From an uncultured Spirochaetota bacterium (GTDB lineage: Bacteria > Spirochaetota > UBA4802 > UBA5550), in the NCBI GenBank assembly GCA_963827275.1, contig CAWHAA010000004.1, forward strand, positions 486,847 to 550,846: 64,000 nucleotides of DNA, given 5' to 3'. Of this stretch, positions 57,230-64,000 are shown one piece after another. Below the pieces are notes generated by a model. That model saw only the letters and a list, made by a program, of their open reading frames with translations. It was not told where the DNA came from and made no database searches. The position numbers were made by a program, and so were the translations under genes. The stretch's first letter is position 1. Every line of letters begins with the position of its first letter.

Positions 57230-60067
57230 GTGGCTCCAGAAACGGATTCTTCGACAGGTGATTTTTTTTCCGATGAGACCGGGGAAGGGCCCGATCTTTT
57301 TGCGACGCCGGCGGCGGAGCCGCGCAGAGGGCCCCGTGATGCCGTCAGCGGCGCCGGCCATATCCTGGGGCTCATCAAATCGGCGATACCGGAATACAAT
57401 CCCCGCTTCCCGCTCCGCGTGGAGGCGTACGCGCTCCAGCTCGCCTATTCCCACAACAAGATTCTCTCCCTGTCAAATTCGCGCACGAGGATACTCGCGC
57501 ACCAGGTCGCGTGCGCCCACCGGGTCATGAGCGCGCTGAACCACCGGTTCCTCATCGCCGACGAGGTGGGCCTCGGAAAGACGATAGAGGCAGGCCTGAT
57601 CGTCAAGGAGCTCGAGTACCGGCACCGCTACCGCCGCATGCTCATCATATGCCCCGCCTCCCTCATGTACCAGTGGCAGAACGAGATGCGGAGCAAGTTC
57701 AACGACCGCTATGTCATCATGGACCGGAGGGAGATGAACCGTGTCCAGGCCGCGCGCCCTGGCGCCAACCCGTGGGAGGCGCACGAAAAGATGATCTGCT
57801 CCCTCGATTTTATCAAGAACCGCCGCTACCTGAAGCTCCTCCAGAGCTCCTCGTGGGACGCGGTCATTTTCGACGAGGCGCACCGCCTGCGGCGGGATTC
57901 CCGCAGGGCAACGCTCGCCTACGAGGCGGCGCAGGTCATAGCGGAGCGGGCACGGGCGCTCCTTCTCCTCACGGCCACCCCGTTCAGGGGGAACCTCGAC
58001 GAGCTCTATTTCCTCATCGCGCTCCTCGACCGCAACGTCCTGGGGCCCTTCCAGTCCTATTATAACGATTTCTGCGTCGACAACGCCGATCTTTCGCACC
58101 TTCGTAAAAAAATCGCGCCGGTGCTGATACGCCGCACCAAGCGCGAGGTGGGCGGGTTCACCAGGCGATGCGCGCGGACCGTACGGTTCGATCTCTACCC
58201 GGATGAGCGCGCGCTCTACGACGAGACCACGCGGTACGTGGCCGAGGAATTCAACCGCGCCATGCAGAGCGAGAACCGTGCCGTCGGCTTCGTCATGACC
58301 ATATTCCAGAAGCTCCTCGATTCCTCGACCCGCGCCCTGGGGCGGGCGCTTGAGCGGCGGATGCGCCGGCTCGAGGAGCTTGCTGACCGCGCCGATATCG
58401 AGCGCCGGGTCGACCGTGAGGCCGCCATCGACGAGCCTGACATGATCGACGACGTCGATGACGTCGATGACCTGGTCTGCATTGCCGCAAGGAAAACGGT
58501 CGCCGAGATGAGGAAGGAGGTCGAGACCCTGCGCCGCCTTGTCGGCATGTCGGAGGCGATCAGGGTCAACAAGAAGGCGGAGAAGCTCGTCCGCCTTATA
58601 GGCGAGTTGAAGAAGAAAGGCCGCCGCAAGTTCCTCATCTTCACGCAGTTCAGGACGACGCTGGAATACCTGTCCGAGGCCCTGTGCGGGTATGACGTCG
58701 AGGTGTTCCACGGCTCCCTGAACCGCGATGAGAAGGAGCGCGCCATGGCCCGCTTTAAAAACGAAGCCGAGATCCTCATCTCCACCGAGGCGGGCGGCGA
58801 GGGGCGCAACATGCAGTTCTGCAATATCATCGTGAACTACGACCTGCCGTGGTCGCCCCTCAAGATCGAGCAGCGGATCGGCAGGCTCCACCGCTTCGGC
58901 CAGGCGGAAGATGTCTTCATCTATAATTTTTCCACCAGGGACACCGTGGCGGAGCGGGTCCTGGAGATCCTCAATAACAAGCTCCGGCTCTTTGAAGAAT
59001 CGATCGGCGCGCCTGACGTGCTCCTCGGAAAGATGGAGGACGAGCTGAAGCTCGGATCGCTTTTCATGGAGATGGCGGCCGGCCTCAGGACCGGACCCGC
59101 GCTCGACGACGAGGTGGAGCGCCGGATCGAGACCGCCAGGCATGAATATGAAAAGATCTCGGAGCTCGAGGTGGCGGACCACATCGATTTCAACTACGAC
59201 GAGTACTACCGGATCACCATGAAGGAGCGGACGTTCTCGAACATGCGGATTGAGCGGTTCGCGGCAGCCCTCATGCGGGAAGACGGCTCCGCGTTGCAGG
59301 TCTGCGCCCCGGAGGGGGGCGGGCTGTACCGCGTCCCCCGCGATGAAGGCGGGACCGCAGCCATGCGGCTCGGTACCTTCGACAGCGGCATGGCGCTGGA
59401 GAACGAGCAGCTCGAATTCCTCGCATTCGGCCACCCGGCGATCGACCGGCTGGCGGCGTCCTGCCGGGAAGGCTCCTTCGGCGGTTTCACCGGCATCCGG
59501 TATGTCCGGTCTGACCTTCCCGTGGAGGGCATGGTGTTCTACTTCATGACGACCTACAGTACGGTGACCGAGACCCGTGAGCTCGTCACGGTGGCTGTTA
59601 TGCGCGACGGCGATCCGGACGGGGATTCCCTCGAATCGCTTGAATCGGAGCTCTGCTGCCAGGATTTCAGCGTGCCGCCGCGCGGGCCGGACCCGCGCGC
59701 AGCGGCAATCGCCGCGGACGCCGATCATTATTTCGACCGCGCCCTGGAGCGGCTCAACCGGAAGATCGCCGCGCGGAAGGAGTCCATGAGCGAGAACCTG
59801 GATATCGGCATTGACCCGGAGATGGACAGGGTCAGGGAGTCTTACGACAGCAGGATCGCGGAGCTCGAGGAGAAGCTCGGGCTCCTCGAGGCGCAATTCA
59901 AGTGGTACGGGAGAAACATGAAGGGCGTCATCACGCGCACGAAGAACCAGATCGATAAAGCGCGTTCCGAGCGCGAATCGCTCCTCAGAAAATACCGGGG
60001 CTACCTGGGTATCAGGCACGAGACGGGGCTCCTCTGCGCCGGCATATTCCTGTCGCGGCCCGTCTGA
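57230..60067 (+). CDS. SNF2-family helicase, RapA/HepA-like (RNA-polymerase-associated ATPase)
   Basis: Motif I LIADEVGLGKTIEAG, motif II FDEAHRLR, C-terminal helicase motifs LIFTQF..., QRIGRLHRFGQ; 945 aa; start codon uncertain (GTG 57230). Confidence 0.8.
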   Translation: MAPETDSSTGDFFSDETGEGPDLFATPAAEPRRGPRDAVSGAGHILGLIKSAIPEYNPRFPLRVEAYALQLAYSHNKILSLSNSRTRILAHQVACAHRVMSALNHRFLIADEVGLGKTIEAGLIVKELEYRHRYRRMLIICPASLMYQWQNEMRSKFNDRYVIMDRREMNRVQAARPGANPWEAHEKMICSLDFIKNRRYLKLLQSSSWDAVIFDEAHRLRRDSRRATLAYEAAQVIAERARALLLLTATPFRGNLDELYFLIALLDRNVLGPFQSYYNDFCVDNADLSHLRKKIAPVLIRRTKREVGGFTRRCARTVRFDLYPDERALYDETTRYVAEEFNRAMQSENRAVGFVMTIFQKLLDSSTRALGRALERRMRRLEELADRADIERRVDREAAIDEPDMIDDVDDVDDLVCIAARKTVAEMRKEVETLRRLVGMSEAIRVNKKAEKLVRLIGELKKKGRRKFLIFTQFRTTLEYLSEALCGYDVEVFHGSLNRDEKERAMARFKNEAEILISTEAGGEGRNMQFCNIIVNYDLPWSPLKIEQRIGRLHRFGQAEDVFIYNFSTRDTVAERVLEILNNKLRLFEESIGAPDVLLGKMEDELKLGSLFMEMAAGLRTGPALDDEVERRIETARHEYEKISELEVADHIDFNYDEYYRITMKERTFSNMRIERFAAALMREDGSALQVCAPEGGGLYRVPRDEGGTAAMRLGTFDSGMALENEQLEFLAFGHPAIDRLAASCREGSFGGFTGIRYVRSDLPVEGMVFYFMTTYSTVTETRELVTVAVMRDGDPDGDSLESLESELCCQDFSVPPRGPDPRAAAIAADADHYFDRALERLNRKIAARKESMSENLDIGIDPEMDRVRESYDSRIAELEEKLGLLEAQFKWYGRNMKGVITRTKNQIDKARSERESLLRKYRGYLGIRHETGLLCAGIFLSRPV

Positions 60068-60091
60068 GCCCATGACGGCATCTTTTTTTTT
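60058..60091 (+). terminator. rho-independent terminator of the SNF2 gene
   Basis: CCGTC-tgagcccat-GACGG followed by nine T; overlaps the stop codon. Confidence 0.5.
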
Positions 60092-60149
60092 ATTGACATT
60101 ATTCCTGACGGATATGTATTGCTTGTAATATTTTTTATGCAGGGGCGCC

Positions 60150-61781
60150 ATGCATTTCGTATCCCTAAAATACCTGTTATTTTTCATCGCGGTCGTTTCG
60201 GTCTTCTTCGCGATCCCTCAGCGGTTCCGGTGGATGTTCCTCCTTGCCACGAGCTATTTTTTCTACATGACATGGGACCCGAAGTATGCCCTCCTCCTCC
60301 TTACGACGACCACCATCGTGTACGGCACCGGCCTGCTGATGCAGGACCGCCCGCAAAATCAGAAGAAAACGCTGGCCGCCTTCAGCCTGGTTGCGAACCT
60401 GGGCGTCCTTTTTGCATTCAAGTATTATAACTTTTTCAATAACAGCATCAAAGACCTGTTCGGCCTCTTCGGCACGACCTATGATGTGCCGGCCATGACG
60501 CTGCTCATGCCGGTGGGGATATCCTTTTACACCTTCCAGGCCCTCAGCTATACCATCGACGTGTACCGGGGCACGCGGAAGGCGGAGCGTAATTTCGGGA
60601 TGTTCGCCCTGTACGTGAGCTTTTTTCCCGTGATCCTTTCAGGACCTATCGAGCGCTCGACAACGCTCCTTCCCCAGTTCTACGAAAAGACGGAATTCAA
60701 CTACGACCGTGTCGTCAACGGACTTCTGCTCATGGCGTGGGGCTTCTTCCAGAAGCTGGTCATTGCCGACCGGCTGAACGCATACACCAGCCTGGTGTAC
60801 GGGAGTATCGGCGTTTCGTACGGCGAGTTCGGCGCGCTCAAGGGTCTGCCCCTTCTGGCGGCAGCGTACCTCTACCCGATACAGATCTTCTGCGATTTCT
60901 CGGGATATACCGATATCGCCATCGGCACCGCGCAGGTGATGGGGTACAAGCTCCTCCCCAATTTCCGCCGGCCTTTTCTCTCGGTCTCCATCGGGGAGCT
61001 GTGGCGGCGATGGCACATGTCGCTCATCTCCTGGATACGGGACTACCTGTACATTCCGCTGGGAGGCAGCCGGGTCTCGCGGCTGCGGTGGTATTTTAAC
61101 CTCGTTTTTGTTTTCACGATGAGCGGCCTCTGGCACGGCGCGCAGTGGACCTTCGTGACCTGGGGCGCAATGAACGGCGCCATGATAGCGGTAAGCCGGC
61201 GCACCCAGACGATACGGGAGCGGGTGCGCGACGGGATTTTCGGCGCCATGGGTGCGGTGCCTGCCGGCGCGTTTTTTGCCCTCTGCGCGGCCATGGCGCT
61301 CATCGCGGCGCTGGGCGGCAGGGCGGGGATAGCCGGCATCGGCGGCAGGGCGGCGGCCGGGGCCGGGGTGCTCCTGTTCCTTGCGCTGGGCATCATGAAG
61401 AAGCGGGGAGCGCCGTACCTGGCGTTTATTCTGAAGCTCAAGCGTTTCTGGCTGATGTTCGCCACCTTCAACCTTTTTGCATTCGGCGGCGTGTTCTTCA
61501 GGGCAAAGAGCATGTCGGACGCCTGGTATATCCTGACCCATTTCCTCGGGACGAATGTCCTGCACCTCTTCATTGCGGTCAAACCCCTGGATTTTTTAAT
61601 CATGCTCCTGCTGATCGTCTTTCTTCTCGTTATCCACAACATACAGGAAAAGCGCGGGAGCATACGCGCGATTATACGCTCAAAACCCTTTCCGGTGCGC
61701 TGGGCGTTCTATTATCTCCTGGTCATGTCGATATTCGCCGGGATGCGCCAGACAGGCGGATTCGAGTATTTCAGGTTTTGA
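60150..61781 (+). CDS. MBOAT-family membrane-bound O-acyltransferase (AlgI/DltB-like)
   Basis: ~11 TM; conserved His region WRRWHMSL...YLYIPLGG; Ala/Gly-rich insertion 61250-61400. Confidence 0.85.
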   Translation: MHFVSLKYLLFFIAVVSVFFAIPQRFRWMFLLATSYFFYMTWDPKYALLLLTTTTIVYGTGLLMQDRPQNQKKTLAAFSLVANLGVLFAFKYYNFFNNSIKDLFGLFGTTYDVPAMTLLMPVGISFYTFQALSYTIDVYRGTRKAERNFGMFALYVSFFPVILSGPIERSTTLLPQFYEKTEFNYDRVVNGLLLMAWGFFQKLVIADRLNAYTSLVYGSIGVSYGEFGALKGLPLLAAAYLYPIQIFCDFSGYTDIAIGTAQVMGYKLLPNFRRPFLSVSIGELWRRWHMSLISWIRDYLYIPLGGSRVSRLRWYFNLVFVFTMSGLWHGAQWTFVTWGAMNGAMIAVSRRTQTIRERVRDGIFGAMGAVPAGAFFALCAAMALIAALGGRAGIAGIGGRAAAGAGVLLFLALGIMKKRGAPYLAFILKLKRFWLMFATFNLFAFGGVFFRAKSMSDAWYILTHFLGTNVLHLFIAVKPLDFLIMLLLIVFLLVIHNIQEKRGSIRAIIRSKPFPVRWAFYYLLVMSIFAGMRQTGGFEYFRF

Positions 61782-61798
61782 AAACGTGAGGACGGGAA

Positions 61799-62728
61799 AT
61801 GATAAAATTAATATATAAATCCGCCATCCTCGCAGGGCTCGCGTTTGTTACGATTTTCGCCGTCATATACCTGCAGCCGGTTGACCAGAACAAGTATCTT
61901 GCGGCGACCATCGACAAGCACCGCCTCCTTGAAACGACGCCGCAGCCGCGGATCATATTCGCCGGCGATTCGAACCTCGCGTTCGGCCTCAACAGCGAAA
62001 TGGTGAAAGCGGCGACCGGCTGCAATGTCATCAACATGGGGCTCCATGGCGGGCTCGGGCTCAACTACTACATGGACGAGCTGAAGCCGCACCTGAAAAA
62101 AGGCGATATCGTAATCATCGTCATCGACTACCAGAATTATTTCTTCGACGGCAGCGGCGCCAACACCCTGGTGGAGATCACCATCTTCAATCCCGGCATC
62201 ATCCGCTATTATTCAACGGATTCGCTCTATAACTTCATCGTCGCGGTGCCGCTTGCGTTCCAGCGGCGTCTCCAGGGCGCCTTTTCCTCCGTGGGCGACG
62301 ATATGGCGTTCATGCGCTCGGCCTTCAATGAATACGGGGACAACGTCGCGCACCTGAAGCTTCCGCAGCCGAAGCTCCTGGCGCCCGAGCGGCCGATGCC
62401 GGAGAAGGTGAGTGACGGAGTGCTCCGCCTCTATAACGGGTTCTATGATGAATGGCACCCCCGGGGCGTCCGCATATACCTTTCCTTTTCGCCCCTCCTG
62501 ATACAGGACCGGGCCAAACAGGTGAAGGCCCTGGGCCTGCTCTATAAAGACATGGTAAACAGGGTGAAGATACCCCTGATAGGCCTGCCGACGGATTTCA
62601 TGTATCCGGCGGATATGTTTTATGATAATATTTTCCACCTCAACGGCAGGGGACGCGAGCTCCGCACCAGGGCGCTGATCCGGCAGATGAAAAAGATCCC
62701 CGAGCTTGCCGCCGCACCCAGGAAGTAG
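61799..62728 (+). CDS. AlgJ/DltD-like SGNH-hydrolase partner of the MBOAT (periplasmic, N-terminal anchor)
   Basis: N-terminal TM; RIIFAGDSNLAFGL (GDS-type Ser block); gene pairing MBOAT + SGNH as in AlgI-AlgJ / DltB-DltD / PatA-PatB. Confidence 0.55.
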   Translation: MIKLIYKSAILAGLAFVTIFAVIYLQPVDQNKYLAATIDKHRLLETTPQPRIIFAGDSNLAFGLNSEMVKAATGCNVINMGLHGGLGLNYYMDELKPHLKKGDIVIIVIDYQNYFFDGSGANTLVEITIFNPGIIRYYSTDSLYNFIVAVPLAFQRRLQGAFSSVGDDMAFMRSAFNEYGDNVAHLKLPQPKLLAPERPMPEKVSDGVLRLYNGFYDEWHPRGVRIYLSFSPLLIQDRAKQVKALGLLYKDMVNRVKIPLIGLPTDFMYPADMFYDNIFHLNGRGRELRTRALIRQMKKIPELAAAPRK

Positions 62729-63002
62729 CCGGTCACGAAGCGTCTGCTTCTGCCGGTCTGGCCCCCCCATCAGGGCGGCAGCAGGGCCCTGAAAATTAAA
62801 AATGAGAACTATATATGCTTTTGCGCGGTCAAAACCGGAGGATACGGCTCGCATGCCGCATGGAAGAAAAAATCACGCTCATGAAAAAAAAGTTTGCCTT
62901 GCCCTGTTCTTATTGTACAAGGAACAAACGGCTCTGCAAGCATGCCGGCAGGGGCCGGGTTCATGAAAAAATTGACGTACTGGTGTTGAAAGGGGAACGG
63001 TG

Positions 63003-64000
63003 ATGAAGGGAAAAGCTGCCTCGAAATATCGCGTGCTGTATGTCTGCGCCGCCGTGCTGGCCCTGGCGATGTTGCCGGGCGGTATGGTTCGGCCCGGCGG
63101 GCCGTTTGCGGCTTCAGCGGAGGTGCCGTCGGTGCAGGCCGATGTCCGGCAGAAGAAGGACGAAATAGTAAAGAGGTACAGGGATAAAAAGGAAGAGCTT
63201 GTTCGCAGTCCGGATGAGATGAAGCAGATGCTCGCGGACATCCAGAAAAACATAAAAGAAAAGAACCTGCATTTCGTCGTCGGGATCAATGATATGATGA
63301 AGTACAAGATCTCCCGGATCACCGGAGCACAGGTGCCCGGGAACCTCGAACAGGACGCCAGGGTGCAGTCTGAGCTGGGCAGCAGGCTGTGGAATGATTT
63401 CATGAAAAAATACCGTGACCATCTCGGAAAAAAAGGCGATGACGGGGAACGCGGCCGGAACGGGACAAAGGGCGAAAGCGAATATTATGAAGATATCGAC
63501 ATGGACCGGCAGACAGAAGAGGACCGGAAAGAGGAATATCAAAAAGAGAAGGAAGAATCCGCTTTCAAAGAAGAAAAAAAGATAGAAGAGGAGAAAAAAG
63601 AAGGAAAACCGGAAGAAGTGCGGACTGACATAGAAAACGCGCCTTCCCCCGATTCCTCGGCGTTTAACTGGGTCAGCAGAAACGTGGTCTCGCCTGCCAA
63701 ATTACAGGGCGTATGCGGAAGCTGCTGGGCGTTCTCCCCGGCGGCCGCCCTTGAGGCGAATTTCATGATCAGGAAAAACTGGAACCTTGACCTTTCCGAG
63801 CAGCACATGCTTGACTGCGCGGAGGTGGAGCAGCCGGCATACCGGGGCGGCAGGGTGGTGGCCATAAAGAGCAAAGCGGGGACCTGCGGGGGGGGATGGT
63901 ACGGGCCGGTGTTCGAGTATTACCGGACGCACAGCGTGCCCCTGGAGAGCCAGGTGCCCTACCGGTTCAAGGAGTCGACCTGCGTCGCTTCCGGGACGTC
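63003..64000 (+). CDS. papain-like (C1 family) cysteine peptidase precursor, 3'-partial (runs off window)
   Basis: Signal peptide; catalytic Cys signature QGVCGSCWAFS; E/K-rich low-complexity linker; frame open to nt 64000. Confidence 0.75.
   Translation, partial: MKGKAASKYRVLYVCAAVLALAMLPGGMVRPGGPFAASAEVPSVQADVRQKKDEIVKRYRDKKEELVRSPDEMKQMLADIQKNIKEKNLHFVVGINDMMKYKISRITGAQVPGNLEQDARVQSELGSRLWNDFMKKYRDHLGKKGDDGERGRNGTKGESEYYEDIDMDRQTEEDRKEEYQKEKEESAFKEEKKIEEEKKEGKPEEVRTDIENAPSPDSSAFNWVSRNVVSPAKLQGVCGSCWAFSPAAALEANFMIRKNWNLDLSEQHMLDCAEVEQPAYRGGRVVAIKSKAGTCGGGWYGPVFEYYRTHSVPLESQVPYRFKESTCVASGT

Noticed and set aside
57230-60067. SNF2 helicase as part of a defence system (DISARM/BREX/Zorya-like)
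   Set aside because: It is a single gene with RapA/HepA-like motif order and length. No methyltransferase, PLD nuclease or other defence partners are adjacent, and its neighbours are housekeeping or regulatory genes.
62815-63003. 62-aa ORF upstream of the protease gene
   Set aside because: It is Arg/Lys/Cys-rich and low-complexity with no RBS, and it overlaps the better-supported start of the protease gene. Likely non-coding leader sequence.

Overview
This window is about 64 kb of GC-rich (~60% GC) chromosome from a flagellated diderm bacterium. Several genes suggest an anaerobic lifestyle: a four-subunit 2-oxoacid:ferredoxin oxidoreductase, a cytochrome c3, the fused B12-dependent mutase IcmF and an HgdC-type activase. 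I assign about 55 protein genes from motifs read directly in the translations; no rRNA, tRNA or CRISPR array was seen.

Gene content in order:
- A convergent O-methyltransferase and histidine kinase.
- An isolated flgF/flgG-type rod gene.
- A cell-envelope block of murA, an MltD-like transglycosylase, signal peptidase I (with an N-terminal extension) and a PASTA-containing PBP.
- A Maf/DUF115-like protein.
- An ECF sigma operon.
- Outer-membrane proteins and secreted lipoproteins, one with a LamG domain.
- A thrC-hom operon in which hom carries an apparent +1 frameshift that separates its ACT domain.
- A low-GC island with a GT4 glycosyltransferase, a CN-hydrolase, a REP-associated tyrosine transposase and an ECF sigma.
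- tetR-icmF.
- An LtaS-like sulfatase and a 7TMR-DISM chemoreceptor.
- korDABG plus an ACT-domain protein.
- A K+ homeostasis module: two CPA2 antiporters, a TVGYGD-type K+ channel and a universal stress protein.
- An orphan activase.
- A glycerol-type catabolic cluster with a GntR regulator.
- A RapA-like SNF2 helicase.
- An MBOAT plus SGNH-hydrolase pair.
- A papain-like protease running off the 3' end.

The most unusual signal is a dispersed DNA repeat family. It has two parts: a conserved 13-15-mer, (T)TTACTCTGACCCC, and a 14-bp palindrome, CCGATAGTTATCGG. There are at least 17 copies in tandem intergenic arrays at 21.8, 25.7, 27.7-28.7, 33.9, 43.3 and 48.7 kb. One copy overlaps a terminator at 2.3 kb. 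Two identical 15-mers lie inside unrelated coding regions. The tyrosine transposase at 28.0-28.6 kb is the likely mobilising enzyme.
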